From a virus, in UHGV virus genome UHGV-0185506: a DNA stretch of 18,650 nt; one strand, given 5' to 3'. Position 1 is the first letter of the stretch. Every line of letters begins with the position of its first letter. Position numbers and translations under genes: made by a program. Below the pieces are notes generated by a model. It worked only from the letters and a program-made list of their open reading frames with translations, did not search any database and was not told where the DNA came from. This document shows positions 1 through 9,366 of this stretch, in pieces.

Positions 1-2
1 CT

Positions 3-257
3 GGCCATCAGACGCTGGCCGATGTTCCGGCACCCGTAATTAACGGAGAAAGCGTCAATCTCTGGCACTGGCGTAATGCCGTTTATACCGCCACACGCGC
101 CCTGATTCTGGAGCGTTACCGCGATGCGGACACAACGGATAAAGGCGAGCGCCGGGCAGACGCACTGGACGCACAGGCTGCGGATCTGTGGCGCGATGTG
201 AGCTGGGCCATCTCTGACATTCTGGGACGACCGCGAATCTTTGCGGAGTTGTGCTGA
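3..257 (+). CDS. 3' fragment of head completion protein (P2 gpL-like); 5' end lies outside the window
   Basis: Open frame runs from the window edge to a TGA at 255-257 that overlaps the X start (TGATG). Position immediately upstream of X matches P2 order. Identity rests on synteny, not recognised motifs. Confidence 0.4.
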   Translation, partial: GHQTLADVPAPVINGESVNLWHWRNAVYTATRALILERYRDADTTDKGERRADALDAQAADLWRDVSWAISDILGRPRIFAELC

Positions 258-457
258 TGAAAGTGAAGGCACTGGAAGGCGACACCGTGGATTCGCTCTG
301 TTTCCGGTACTACGGCACGACGCAGGGCGTCACCGAAAAGGTGCTGGATGCCAACCCCGGACTCTGCCAGCAGGTATTTCTGGACGCCGGGCAGGAAGTG
401 GAGATGCCAGAGCCGGAGAAGAAGAAACGAGAAATGATTCAGTTGTGGGGGGAGTAG
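257..457 (+). CDS. X: Tail protein X (P2 gpX-like, LysM-type)
   Basis: Translation MKVKALEGDTVDSLCFRYYGTTQGVTEKVLDANPGL closely matches the remembered P2 gpX N-terminus. ATG at 257 overlaps the upstream stop. Confidence 0.8.
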   Translation: MKVKALEGDTVDSLCFRYYGTTQGVTEKVLDANPGLCQQVFLDAGQEVEMPEPEKKKREMIQLWGE

Positions 458-459
458 CA

Positions 460-783
460 GTGAGCACCATTCAAACAGGGATCACAGAGCAGGTTATTGC
501 GTGGCTCTTTGACCACCTGCCAACGGTGTATGCAGTAGGCGCGGCGGTCAGCATTTCCGCGCTGATGAGTCTTTATGACGGACGAACACTGGTTCAGACC
601 GTAACGGGATCGCTGGCGTGCGGCGTTCTTGCCATGGCCGTGGCCGGGTCGTTGCGCTTCTTCGGGTTTCCTGAAGATGCCGTGACGTTTATCGGCGCAT
701 CAATCGGTTTTATGGGTGCAGAGAAAGCACGCGACAAGGTTATTGCGGCCTTTAATCGCAGGGTGAAGGAGAAGGACGAATGA
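460..783 (+). CDS. Putative holin (not P2 gpY-like)
   Basis: GTG at 460 follows the X stop, with a G-rich SD (GGGGGGAG) upstream. Small protein with hydrophobic stretches and a charged C-terminus (RRVKEKDE). Sits directly upstream of the endolysin. The track ORF 241-783 is an upstream extension of the same frame. Confidence 0.55.
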   Translation: MSTIQTGITEQVIAWLFDHLPTVYAVGAAVSISALMSLYDGRTLVQTVTGSLACGVLAMAVAGSLRFFGFPEDAVTFIGASIGFMGAEKARDKVIAAFNRRVKEKDE

Positions 784-1172
784 GCAACACATTTAAATTC
801 AGCAGCCGGAGCGAAAAGAATTTGCAGGGCGTAAATCCTGATCTGGTGAAAGTAACCCGACGGGCACTGGAAATTTCGGAAGTGGATTTTGGTATCACCG
901 AAGGATTGCGCAGCCGTTACCGCCAGAAGCAACTTGTGGCCACAGGTAAGAGCCAGACCATGAACAGCCGCCACCTTACGGGACATGCCGTGGATGTTGT
1001 GGCTTATATCGGCAGCCAGGTGTCATGGGAATGGCCGCTGTACGAAAAAATCGCAGCAGCATTCAAACAGGCCAGCCGGGAACTGAATATTCCGGTGGAA
1101 TGGGGCGGCGACTGGAAGACCCTGAAAGACGGACCGCATTTTCAGTTACCACACGGAGCCTATCCGGCATGA
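780..1172 (+). CDS. Endolysin, peptidase M15 (VanY-like) type
   Basis: 130 aa with an HLTGHAVDV motif typical of zinc M15 peptidases. Occupies the lysis-cassette position between holin and spanins. Start overlaps the holin stop. Confidence 0.75.
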   Translation: MSNTFKFSSRSEKNLQGVNPDLVKVTRRALEISEVDFGITEGLRSRYRQKQLVATGKSQTMNSRHLTGHAVDVVAYIGSQVSWEWPLYEKIAAAFKQASRELNIPVEWGGDWKTLKDGPHFQLPHGAYPA

Positions 1173-1576
1173 AGCTCTGGCCCACGCTGGGTGTCGCTTT
1201 CCTTCTGATTGCCGCATGGGGAACATCCATGCGTCTGTCATGGTCGCTTGGCCGGGAGAACGCCAGAAACGAAGCGCAGGCCAGCGCCCTGAAAAGTACC
1301 GTCGACACCCTGAATATCATCAGCACCGGGGTACAGGATATGCAGCAGGTGCTGGCGCAACTCCGCGTGGAAAATCAACAGCGAAATCAGGACGGAGAGG
1401 CCAGACGTGAACAGCTACGCAACGATATTGCAAAAGATGAATGCGCCCACGCTTTGCCTGACGCTCGTTTTACTGACAGGCTGCGCAGGCACGCAGAACG
1501 CGCCACGGCCAGCGCCGTCAGTCCGGCTTATACCGCAGACGCTGACCATACCGGTAATGCCTCCCCCCTTCCCTGA
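1169..1576 (+). CDS. lysB: Spanin inner-membrane subunit (LysB / Rz-like)
   Basis: ATG at 1169 overlaps the endolysin stop. N-terminal TM segment (MKLWPTLGVAFLLIAAWG) followed by a Q/R/E-rich, coiled-coil-like periplasmic part. The track ORF 1025-1576 is an upstream extension of the same frame. Confidence 0.7.
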   Translation: MKLWPTLGVAFLLIAAWGTSMRLSWSLGRENARNEAQASALKSTVDTLNIISTGVQDMQQVLAQLRVENQQRNQDGEARREQLRNDIAKDECAHALPDARFTDRLRRHAERATASAVSPAYTADADHTGNASPLP

Positions 1577-1727
1577 CACTCCCACATGGGGAAATCTCGG
1601 TATATGGGGCGACCGCCTTCTGGATGCACTGGAAACCTGTAACGCGGATAAACGGGCCATTGAATTACTGGAACAGCGCAGGCTGCAACGACTGAACAAC
1701 GAGGACAACAACCATGCTGAAAACTGA
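1407..1727 (+). CDS. lysC: Spanin outer-membrane lipoprotein (LysC / Rz1-like), overlapping the lysB 3' end in another frame
   Basis: Lipobox LLTGC after a hydrophobic leader, then a proline-rich mature region. Classic Rz/Rz1 overlap. The true start may be the ATG at 1437 rather than 1407. Confidence 0.6.
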   Translation: MNSYATILQKMNAPTLCLTLVLLTGCAGTQNAPRPAPSVRLIPQTLTIPVMPPPFPDTPTWGNLGIWGDRLLDALETCNADKRAIELLEQRRLQRLNNEDNNHAEN

Positions 1728-2181
1728 TTCCCTGCGTGAAGCCATGACCCGTTCATGCCGATGGTGTCAGGCCAACCCGGAAAAATTCACCATTTTCGTG
1801 GAGAGCGGCAACATTGAAACGACCGGAGAAACTCCCTCGTTTGTTTACCGCTATCAGATGGTGATGTTTGTCATGGATTACGCCGGGGAGCTGGACGACC
1901 TCACGCTGCCGCTGCTGGCGTGGTTATCCGAAAATCAGCCGCAGTTGTTGCTCAATCCGGAGCGTAATCAGGACATCAAATTCTCCGCCGTTATCAATGA
2001 CGATGACAGCGCCGATCTCCTGTTTACGCTCCCCCTGCGGGAACGCGTTCGCATCACGCGCAGCAGTCAGGGCGCGCCGCAGGCAGAACACCTGCCGGAG
2101 CCAAAACCCCGCCTACCCTCTTCCGAAGGCGACTGGTCGCATGTATTCCAGGATGTGACGTGGGGTGAAAGCGATGGATAA
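1714..2181 (+). CDS. R: Tail completion protein R (P2 gpR-like)
   Basis: MLKTDSLREAMT...PLLAWLSENQP resembles the remembered P2 gpR. Position and length (155 aa) fit. Confidence 0.8.
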   Translation: MLKTDSLREAMTRSCRWCQANPEKFTIFVESGNIETTGETPSFVYRYQMVMFVMDYAGELDDLTLPLLAWLSENQPQLLLNPERNQDIKFSAVINDDDSADLLFTLPLRERVRITRSSQGAPQAEHLPEPKPRLPSSEGDWSHVFQDVTWGESDG

Positions 2182-2809
2182 GGCATTCACCCGCGTGGAT
2201 GAAACCTTTGAGGCCATCCGCGACAGCCTGAATCAGCAGGCCATCAATAACATCGCCAGAAAGCTGGCACAGGATTTACGCCGCGCCCAGCAGGCGCGTA
2301 TCCGGTCACAGAAAGCGCCGGACGGGACCGCGTGGACACCACGCAGACGCCGCGTAACCCGGATACAGGAGCGCATTCGCTTTATCTGGAATAACGAAGC
2401 ACGCACGCTGAAAAACTGGCATCACGACACGGGGAAATACGGGCGAACCATTACCGGGTGGGATGAGGATAAAAACAATATCCGCACGTTTTACCGGGAT
2501 GACATCGACCGTTTTCTGGAAATACGCACCCGGCGCATCAACCAGGACAGCACAAAGCGCGTCCCCATGTTCGTAAAACTGCGCACCGCCCGCTACCTGA
2601 AAGCCCGTGCAGATGCTTCCGGTGTGACGGTGGGTTACAGCGGCGTGGCCGCACGTATTGCCCGCGTTCATCAGTTCGGTGGGCGCGATCAGGTTGCGCC
2701 GGGCATTTTCACCGATTACCCGGTACGTGAGCTGCTGGGTATCAGCCAGGCAGATGAGCGCCTGATTTATAACACGGTGCTGGGCCGGATTGCGGAGGCT
2801 GTACGGTGA
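2174..2809 (+). CDS. S: Tail completion / virion morphogenesis protein S (P2 gpS-like)
   Basis: ATG at 2174 overlaps the R stop. Segment LAQDLRRAQQARIRSQKAPDGTAWTP is typical of the phage tail S family. Position fits. The track start at 2165 is a GTG three codons upstream. Confidence 0.7.
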   Translation: MDKAFTRVDETFEAIRDSLNQQAINNIARKLAQDLRRAQQARIRSQKAPDGTAWTPRRRRVTRIQERIRFIWNNEARTLKNWHHDTGKYGRTITGWDEDKNNIRTFYRDDIDRFLEIRTRRINQDSTKRVPMFVKLRTARYLKARADASGVTVGYSGVAARIARVHQFGGRDQVAPGIFTDYPVRELLGISQADERLIYNTVLGRIAEAVR

Positions 2810-3387
2810 GCGCAGAACTCATGCGGCTGCTGAGCAACATCATCCGCACCGGGATCATCTCTGAAGTTGATGAGGAATCCTGGCGCGTGCGCGTTCGCAG
2901 CGGCGAACTGGAAACAGGCTGGTTGCGCTGGAACACCACGCGCGCGGGAGCCTTCAATGTGTGGCTGCCGCCATCACCAGGCGAACAGGTGGTAATTGCC
3001 TGCATTGGCGGCAACCCGGAAACCGCCATGATAATTGGCAGCCTGTGGAGTGATGCCAGTCCGGCCCCCGGCAAAAGCCTGAAAGAAATCGTGGTCAGCG
3101 CGCCGGACGGCGCGGTGTTCCGCTACGACGCAGACGCTGGCGCACTGAGCGCCAGCGGCATGAAAACAGCCACCCTGCAGGCATCCGTCAGCGTGACACT
3201 GGATACGCCCGTCGTGGAATGCACAAACCTTCTGAGAACAGCGACGCTTGACGTCACAAAAGGGGGAAAGATGAGCGGCAATATCACGCACAGCGGCGGC
3301 GATTTCACCTCAAACGGCATCACAGTGCATACGCATAAGCACGGTGGCGTTAAAGGTGGCAGCGATTCGACAGGAGGCCCGCAGTGA
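2806..3387 (+). CDS. V: Baseplate spike / assembly protein V (P2 gpV-like)
   Basis: GTG start overlaps the S stop (GTGA). IRTGIISEVD...GWLRW and the C-terminal HTHKHGG...GGP motif match the remembered gpV. Confidence 0.85.
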   Translation: MSAELMRLLSNIIRTGIISEVDEESWRVRVRSGELETGWLRWNTTRAGAFNVWLPPSPGEQVVIACIGGNPETAMIIGSLWSDASPAPGKSLKEIVVSAPDGAVFRYDADAGALSASGMKTATLQASVSVTLDTPVVECTNLLRTATLDVTKGGKMSGNITHSGGDFTSNGITVHTHKHGGVKGGSDSTGGPQ

Positions 3388-3734
3388 CAACCCGCTACAC
3401 AGGAATGAACCCGGACGGAACGGGAAACCTGAACGATATGGAGCACCTGAAACAGTCAGTCAGGGACATCCTGACCACCCCGCTGGCCAGCCGGGTTATG
3501 CGACGGGAATATGGCAGCCTTGTGCCTGATTTGATTGACGAACCCATGAATAACACCACGCGTCTGCAATGCATGAGTGCTGCCGTGATTGCGCTGACAC
3601 GATGGGAACCCCGCATTGCCCTGGATGCCATCGACGTTGTCTGGAAAGCGGGAGGCCGCGCCGGGGTGACGCTGTCGGGCACTGTCATGCAGACCATGCA
3701 GAATGTTGAGTTAACCATCACGCTGAGGGAGTAA
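3384..3734 (+). CDS. W: Baseplate protein W (gp25-like)
   Basis: 116 aa, start overlaps the V stop. Position and size match P2 gpW. Confidence 0.8.
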   Translation: MTTRYTGMNPDGTGNLNDMEHLKQSVRDILTTPLASRVMRREYGSLVPDLIDEPMNNTTRLQCMSAAVIALTRWEPRIALDAIDVVWKAGGRAGVTLSGTVMQTMQNVELTITLRE

Positions 3735-3737
3735 ATC

Positions 3738-4634
3738 ATGCCCGCCGTTGACCTTTCCCAGTTACCGGAACCCGCCATCATCGCGGAGCCTGACTTTGAA
3801 GCAATTCTGGCTGACACAAAAGCCATGATGATTGCGTCCTATCCCGCCGAACAGCGTGAAGCCGTTTCCGCCGCGCTGGAGCTGGAATCGGAACCCCTGA
3901 ACGTTATCGCTCAAACCATGTCGTTTCGTGAAATGCTGTTACGCCAGCGGGTCAATGAGGGTGCACGCGCCTGCATGTTAAGCCACAGCGCCGGGACAGA
4001 CCTGGACAACCTCGCGGGCAATATGAACACAAAGCGCCTGGTTATCACTCCGGCAACGGATACCACCGACGCGGTGATGGAGAGCGACACCTCGCTGAGA
4101 CTGCGGGCGCAGCGGGCGTACGACGGCCTGAGTGTTGCTGGCCCGTCAGGTGCATACGAGTATTTTGCCCGCAGCGCCAGCGGTCTGGTGCGCGATGCGC
4201 GGGCTATCAGTCCGTCTCCGGCCTGTGTGACGGTTTCCATCCTGTCCACTGAAGGCGACGGCACAGCAACGGAGGCGTTGCTTAATACCGTTCGCGCCGT
4301 TCTGAATGCAGAGGATACCCGCCCGGTGGCCGACCGCCTGACCGTACAGAGCGCCAGAATCGTGACATGGCGGCTGAATGCAAAACTGTACTTTTACCCC
4401 GGCCCGGAATCCGAACCTATTCTGGCCGCGGCTGAATCGTCGTTCAGGAAGTGGCTGGCTGAGCAGGGGCTTATCGGTCAGGACGTGGCGTTGTCCGCCA
4501 TTGCTGCCGCACTGCATGTGCACGGTGTGCAACGCGTGGAGATAATCGAACCCACACAGAATATGGCCATCAGCGACATACAGGCGGCGCGCTGTGAGTC
4601 ATTCACCATCAGCGAAGGTGGGCGTAATGAGTAA
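3738..4634 (+). CDS. J: Baseplate protein J (P2 gpJ-like)
   Basis: 298 aa. SD GAGGGAG upstream of the ATG. Synteny W-J-I-H. Confidence 0.85.
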   Translation: MPAVDLSQLPEPAIIAEPDFEAILADTKAMMIASYPAEQREAVSAALELESEPLNVIAQTMSFREMLLRQRVNEGARACMLSHSAGTDLDNLAGNMNTKRLVITPATDTTDAVMESDTSLRLRAQRAYDGLSVAGPSGAYEYFARSASGLVRDARAISPSPACVTVSILSTEGDGTATEALLNTVRAVLNAEDTRPVADRLTVQSARIVTWRLNAKLYFYPGPESEPILAAAESSFRKWLAEQGLIGQDVALSAIAAALHVHGVQRVEIIEPTQNMAISDIQAARCESFTISEGGRNE

Positions 4635-5157
4635 TTCACTGTTACCGCCATCAGCCAGCAATTTCATGCGTTGTGCCGAAGCCGTCGGGACACGCATTAC
4701 AGACATTCCGGTAGACCTCAACACGCTGTGGTCGCCGGACACCTGCCCGGTACATCTGCTGCCTTATCTCGCCTGGGCGTTTTCCGTTGACCGCTGGGAT
4801 CGCAACTGGCCGGAAGAGACAAAGCGACAGGTGATTCGTGATGCATGGCTGATACACCGACACAAAGGAACCATCAGCGCCCTGCGACGAGCCATTGAAC
4901 CGCTGGGATACCTCATTCGCGTGTCTGAGTGGTGGGAGTTCGACGGAGAACCGGGAACATTTACCGTTGAAGTCGGCACGCTGGACAGCGGTGTGACGGA
5001 GGAAATGTATCTGGAAATGGAGCGGTTGATTGCTGATGCCCGCCCGGTCAGCCGCCACATGACAGGGCTGAATATCATTCAGGAGATCCAGGGGGATATT
5101 TTCGCGGCGGCGGCAACTTACGACGGTGAAGTTATTACCATTTATCCGGACGATTAA
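4627..5157 (+). CDS. I: Baseplate/tail protein I (P2 gpI-like)
   Basis: ATG at 4627 overlaps the J 3' end. 176 aa, the P2 gpI length as I recall it. The track start at 4594 is an upstream extension. Confidence 0.8.
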   Translation: MSNSLLPPSASNFMRCAEAVGTRITDIPVDLNTLWSPDTCPVHLLPYLAWAFSVDRWDRNWPEETKRQVIRDAWLIHRHKGTISALRRAIEPLGYLIRVSEWWEFDGEPGTFTVEVGTLDSGVTEEMYLEMERLIADARPVSRHMTGLNIIQEIQGDIFAAAATYDGEVITIYPDD

Positions 5158-5159
5158 GC

Positions 5160-6815
5160 ATGAGTACCACAACACGAAAATTTAAAACCATTATCACTGA
5201 TACTGGTGCCCAAAAATTAGCTCAGGCCGCCGCGCCAGATGGTAAGCCTGTCCGCCTGACTCACATGGCCGTGGGCGACGGTGGCGGCACGTTGCCCACA
5301 CCAGACAGTAAGCAGACCTGTCTGGTGCATGAGGTGTGGCGACATACCGTTAATCGCGTCATCCTGGACGCAACACATCAGAACCGCATTATTGCGGAGC
5401 TGGTTATTCCTCCTGAAACGGGCGGATTCTGGGTCCGGGAAATTGGTGTGTTTGATGAGCACGGTGATTTAATTGCGGTGGGCAATACTGCCGAAAGTTA
5501 CAAGCCAACCGTTGCCGAAGGGTCCGGACGTGCGCAAACATTTCGTACCATCTTGACCGTATCCAGCACTGCCACCGTGGAGCTTACCGTGGATAACACC
5601 ATGGTTATGGCCACAGTGGATTACGTGGATGACAAACTGAAAGAGCATGAACAGTCACGACGTCACCCGGACGCCTCGTTGACCGCAAAAGGTTTTACTC
5701 AGTTAAGCAGCGCGACCAACAGTGAATCTGAAACGCTGGCTGCAACTCCGAAAGCGGTTAAGGCAGCGTATGACCTTGCTAACAGAAAATACACCGCTCA
5801 GGACGCCAGCACGGGGCGAAAAGGTCTTGTCCAGTTAAGCAGCGCCACTAACAGTGATTCGGAAACGCTTGCTGCGACTCCGAAAGCAGTGAAAGCAGCG
5901 AATGACAATGCAAACAAGCGAGTACCTAAAGGAGCGGGATTAAATGAGTACGCCGAAAATATAAGTGATATTGCTACTGATTTACGTACGCGTGGTGGCT
6001 TTTTTAATGCTCCCTCAGCAAAGAATGGAATGCCTGGAGGACACACCTGGAAGCACTACATCAACTCTGCACACAGCAATACTCAGGGATACAATACTGT
6101 TATTGGCATTGATTTTAATGGAGATGTAATCGGTTTTGCGGCAGTTTGCGCAGGTGTTTTTAAGGGGTGGAAGTTGATTCATCATGACGGGTATAGCAAC
6201 TTCCCGGTAGGCGCTGCGATCCCGTGGCCTTCTGATTCAGTACCAACAGGCTATGCAATTATGCAGGGGCAGACTTTTGATAAAGCAGCCTATCCCTTGC
6301 TCGCAGCAGCTTATCCGTCAGGGGTGATTCCAGATATGCGCGGCTGGATAATCAAGGGCAAGCCCGCCAGCGGGCGTGCTGTATTGTCACAGGAACAGGA
6401 CGGGATTAAATCGCATACTCACAGTGCCAGTGCGTCAAATACGGATTTAGGAACGAAAACGACCAGTTCATTTGATTACGGCACGAAGACAGTCAGTACG
6501 TTTAACCACGGAACAAAAACCACTAATACAACTGGTAACCATACACATACCATTTACAGAGGGAATGCCAATACTAATGGTGAAACCGGAAAAACAGGTT
6601 TTGACAACCCATCGTTTAATGGCACATCAGGAGCTGCCGGGAATCATGCCCACACGGTAGATATCGGCTCACATAATCATACGGTTGGTATTGGTGCCCA
6701 TACGCACACAGTGGCATTAGGTGCGCACGGGCACACCATCACGGTAAATGCTACGGGTAATTCAGAGAACACCGTAAAAAACATTGCATATAACTATATT
6801 GTGAGGCTCGCATGA
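5160..6815 (+). CDS. H: Tail fibre protein H: conserved P2-type N-terminus, mosaic C-terminus with HxH (gp37-like) repeats
   Basis: N-terminus [23 protein letters not shown]... and duplicated [22 protein letters not shown] motifs are hallmarks of P2-type fibres. C-terminus [36 protein letters not shown]...NYIVRLA matches the HxH-repeat ends of Stf/gp37-type fibres. Confidence 0.9.
   Translation: MSTTTRKFKTIITDTGAQKLAQAAAPDGKPVRLTHMAVGDGGGTLPTPDSKQTCLVHEVWRHTVNRVILDATHQNRIIAELVIPPETGGFWVREIGVFDEHGDLIAVGNTAESYKPTVAEGSGRAQTFRTILTVSSTATVELTVDNTMVMATVDYVDDKLKEHEQSRRHPDASLTAKGFTQLSSATNSESETLAATPKAVKAAYDLANRKYTAQDASTGRKGLVQLSSATNSDSETLAATPKAVKAANDNANKRVPKGAGLNEYAENISDIATDLRTRGGFFNAPSAKNGMPGGHTWKHYINSAHSNTQGYNTVIGIDFNGDVIGFAAVCAGVFKGWKLIHHDGYSNFPVGAAIPWPSDSVPTGYAIMQGQTFDKAAYPLLAAAYPSGVIPDMRGWIIKGKPASGRAVLSQEQDGIKSHTHSASASNTDLGTKTTSSFDYGTKTVSTFNHGTKTTNTTGNHTHTIYRGNANTNGETGKTGFDNPSFNGTSGAAGNHAHTVDIGSHNHTVGIGAHTHTVALGAHGHTITVNATGNSENTVKNIAYNYIVRLA
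5696..5898 (+). repeat. Imperfect tandem direct repeat of about 75-80 bp inside H, encoding the duplicated QLSSATNS(E/D)[14 protein letters not shown] motif
   Basis: Two near-identical DNA blocks starting near 5696 and 5819 (…cagttaagcagcgc…gaaacgct…gctgc…actccgaaagc…). Confidence 0.8.
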
Positions 6816-7678
6816 TTAAGTTAATTCTTTCAGAGCCAGTCCATGAAATGGCAGATGCGTTTAAACGCGTTTTTGGCAATACCGACAATGTGGACGTTGT
6901 AGAAAAACCATTTGAAGCAATCTCAGAATTTGACTGCATGGTAAGTGCGGCAAACAGTTTCGGGCTAATGGATGGCGGCGTGGATGCTGCCATTACCGCA
7001 TTTTTTGGTACTCAACTACAGACGCGTGTTCAGAATCATATTATTCGTGAATATCTTGGTGAACAGCCCGTAGGGTCTGCTTTTGTTATTGAAACGGGGC
7101 ATAATCATCACCCCTGGCTGGTACATGCGCCAACAATGCGTGTTCCGCTGACAATTGACGGAACAGACGCTGTATATAACGCCACGTGGGCCGCTCTGCT
7201 TGCCATCTTTCAGCACAATAAAAATGCAACGACAGACAGGAAAATAAAAACGGTGGTATTACCTGCAATGGGGGCCGGATGTGGTCAGGTGCCGTTTGAA
7301 AGTGTTGCCCGGCAGATGAAGCTGGCATGGGATAACTTTAATAAAACAGAATCAATTAACTGGGAATACGCATATTCCCGCCAGTGGGCGGTATTTAACA
7401 CATGTGCATACTGCCCCGGTAAATCTGGTTGTCGTTATGCTGATATTAAATATATTGGATGTGGTGATTACCGTACGTATTGCTTACGGTCAGGGCAGGT
7501 ATGTATTAACCCTGAACATCAGGTTGATGACGTGCTGACTAATAATCGCTCTCGCCCGGGGGCACATATACACCAGATTAATCCGGTAAAACCCGTAGGT
7601 AACGTTACCATTGGCGCACACAGCCACGGAAGGAATATCACCATTGGTGCTCATTCCCATACAACCAATAAACAATAA
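6812..7678 (+). CDS. Macro-domain (ADP-ribose binding/hydrolase fold) protein with a Cys-rich, HxH-repeat fibre-tip-like C-terminus
   Basis: ATG overlaps the H stop (ATGA), with SD GAGG upstream. Macro signature: [19 protein letters not shown] (compare NAAN..L..GGGV..AI), LVHAPTM (compare H-VGP), [14 protein letters not shown] (compare FPAISTGIYGYP). C-terminus carries CxxC...C...C and GAHIH/GAHSHG/GAHSHT repeats like the H tip. Confidence 0.6.
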   Translation: MIKLILSEPVHEMADAFKRVFGNTDNVDVVEKPFEAISEFDCMVSAANSFGLMDGGVDAAITAFFGTQLQTRVQNHIIREYLGEQPVGSAFVIETGHNHHPWLVHAPTMRVPLTIDGTDAVYNATWAALLAIFQHNKNATTDRKIKTVVLPAMGAGCGQVPFESVARQMKLAWDNFNKTESINWEYAYSRQWAVFNTCAYCPGKSGCRYADIKYIGCGDYRTYCLRSGQVCINPEHQVDDVLTNNRSRPGAHIHQINPVKPVGNVTIGAHSHGRNITIGAHSHTTNKQ

Positions 7679-7708
7679 TTCTGTCTCTGACATTAAGTAG
7701 AGGTGAAC

Positions 7709-8287
7709 ATGACTTTCAGAATGAGTGCTGAAGCACAAACCATTCGCGTATTTAATTATCTCGATGGTACAAATGAATTTATTGGTGAAAGCGATATGTA
7801 CATTCCACCACATACAGGCTTACCCGCAAACTGTACAGATATTGCACCTCCAGATATTCCGGCTGGCTATGCTGCCGTTTTCAATGCAGACGAAATGAAA
7901 TGGCATCTGATGGAAGACCATCGCGGAAAGACTGTATACGAAACGAAAACAGGAGCAGCAATTTATATTTCTGAGCTTGGAGCATTACCTCCTGACGTAA
8001 CAACAATTTCTCCGACTGGCAATTATCAGAAATGGAATGGTAATGTGTGGGTGGATGATGAAAATGCAGAGCATGATGCGCTTGTCAGAGCAGCTGAGTC
8101 TCAGAAAAAAGAACTACTCAGAAATGCAAGTGAAATAATCACTATCTTGCAGGATGCCGTTGATTTAAGCATTGCGACAAAGGAAGAAATAATGTTACTA
8201 AATGAGTGGAAGATGTATCGTATATTATTGAACAGGATTGATACATCAATGACACTAAATATCCAGTGGCCAACCTCCCCACAGTAA
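7709..8287 (+). CDS. Tail fibre assembly protein (gpG / Tfa family)
   Basis: Position directly after the fibre gene. C-terminal region (…[26 protein letters not shown]) matches the conserved tail-fibre-assembly C-terminal domain. SD GAGGTG before the ATG at 7709; the track start at 7703 is a GTG two codons upstream. Confidence 0.75.
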   Translation: MTFRMSAEAQTIRVFNYLDGTNEFIGESDMYIPPHTGLPANCTDIAPPDIPAGYAAVFNADEMKWHLMEDHRGKTVYETKTGAAIYISELGALPPDVTTISPTGNYQKWNGNVWVDDENAEHDALVRAAESQKKELLRNASEIITILQDAVDLSIATKEEIMLLNEWKMYRILLNRIDTSMTLNIQWPTSPQ

Positions 8288-8294
8288 AAAAAAT

Positions 8295-8313
8295 AGCAGG
8301 CGATTCGCCTGCT
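8295..8313. terminator. Bidirectional intrinsic terminator between the convergent assembly and glycosyltransferase genes
   Basis: Hairpin agcaggcg-att-cgcctgct, flanked by an A8 run on the plus strand (a T8 run on the minus strand, directly after the minus-strand gene) and by ttaatt downstream. Confidence 0.7.
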
Positions 8314-8317
8314 TTAA

Positions 8318-9052
8318 TTAATTGCGGCTGGATAGTTTAAATTGTTTAATTTTTGCTTTTATGGTGTTTTTCAGCGAGTACGACGGCACCCATTTTAAAG
8401 CAACCTGCCAAGGACGAGGCGAGCCATGAAAACATACTATTCTGGCGTTTTCAGGCACTGACCCATTGGCCAAACCATCATGTAGTTCAGCATTGAAACC
8501 AATCATTTTAGGTGTGGCAATATTTGCTTTATAACTCACAATAAATCCGGGAAGAACATCCTGCCAACGTTCTGCGTCAGGATATATTTCACTGATAAAT
8601 CCCTGATCACCGTGATAAGGAGGTAATTTATTCCTGGACATTATCTGTTCAGCATTATCCTTGAAAGCATTCCAAGCACGGTATTTTTCCTTTGCTGGAA
8701 TAAACATAATACCAGAAGCAGCGGGAGCATTTTCTTTACCGACGCATGAGAAATCGGTAAGCATTGTCATATTCTGCAAATTGGTGAATTCATGTAGATC
8801 GCCCGTAATAACGGTATCGATATCTATATAAAGTATATCTTCCTTTCCAATAACAGGGTGTTCTGGATTGAATAATTCTATTTTCGCCCACCATCCCGGC
8901 CAATTATAAAGAAGCGGCGCAGTTTCTACTCCCTCAATGTAAACTGCGTCTGTTAAACATACTGAACGAATACCCCTGATTTGCTGGTGTAGCCATTGGG
9001 CATGCTTGGGGGTGAAATCTTTGCTACAACGAAGGACTGAAACAACCAGCAC
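8318..9052 (-). CDS. Putative GT-A fold glycosyltransferase, GT8-like (DxD motif); cargo (moron) gene
   Basis: GTG start at 9052 with SD AGGAG 6 nt upstream. WAKIEL...KEDILYIDIDTVITGDL parallels the remembered LgtC segment ARLKL...DKVLYLDIDVLVRDSL. ASGIMFIPAKEKYRAW parallels NAGVLLINLKKWRR. C-terminal FHGSPRPW resembles the GT8 HxxGxxKPW motif. AT-rich relative to the core phage genes. Confidence 0.5.
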   Translation of the reverse strand: MLVVSVLRCSKDFTPKHAQWLHQQIRGIRSVCLTDAVYIEGVETAPLLYNWPGWWAKIELFNPEHPVIGKEDILYIDIDTVITGDLHEFTNLQNMTMLTDFSCVGKENAPAASGIMFIPAKEKYRAWNAFKDNAEQIMSRNKLPPYHGDQGFISEIYPDAERWQDVLPGFIVSYKANIATPKMIGFNAELHDGLANGSVPENARIVCFHGSPRPWQVALKWVPSYSLKNTIKAKIKQFKLSSRN

Positions 9053-9080
9053 TACTTACTCCTAAATACACAACTGTAGA

Positions 9081-9108
9081 TATATAACTCGCGTTTATGA
9101 TATCACAA
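9081..9108 (-). promoter_or_regulatory. Candidate sigma70 promoter for the glycosyltransferase gene
   Basis: Minus-strand reading gives TTGTGA (-35; plus 9103-9108), a 16-nt spacer, then TATATA (-10; plus 9081-9086), about 25 nt upstream of the SD, in an AT-rich spacer. Confidence 0.35.
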
Positions 9109-9334
9109 ACAAAAGCATAAAACTTACCCACATAAGTAGAGTCATATAGTCTCTGCCAATATAATGAGTGACTATTTCACTAAGCTTTCATCGAAACAAT
9201 AGACCTAGAGTTAAGCTATTAATCACTCTAACAAGGTAGAGATATTGATTTTGCTATACCGACGTTTTGTCAGTACTTCCCCAGCAAGACACAACATGAA
9301 GTCGGCACAGTTTTTGAAGTTATTTAAGGAACAG

Positions 9335-9366
9335 AAAAACCGCTAATCTGATCATTAGCGGTTTTT
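9335..9366. terminator. Bidirectional intrinsic terminator 9 nt downstream of the U stop
   Basis: aaaaa-CCGCTAAT-ctgatc-ATTAGCGG-ttttt: 8-bp perfect stem with A-run and T-run on either side. Confidence 0.8.

Noticed and set aside
55-285. 76-aa minus-strand ORF at the window start
   Set aside because: Antisense to the L 3' end and X, with no SD and Pro/Arg-rich composition. Judged spurious.
241-783. 180-aa ORF spanning the X region and the holin
   Set aside because: Its first part is an out-of-frame read-through across X from a TTG. Only the 3' part from the GTG at 460 is a plausible gene (the holin).
2306-5175. Assorted minus-strand ORFs inside R, S, V, W, J and I (for example 2306-2671, 2742-3074, 3395-3826, 4651-5175)
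   Set aside because: Antisense to a contiguous, translationally coupled tail gene array with recognisable products. No independent signals.
9296-9346. 16-aa ORF (MKSAQFLKLFKEQKNR) ending inside the terminator hairpin
   Set aside because: No ribosome binding site, and it runs into the terminator stem. Most likely fortuitous in AT-rich spacer DNA.
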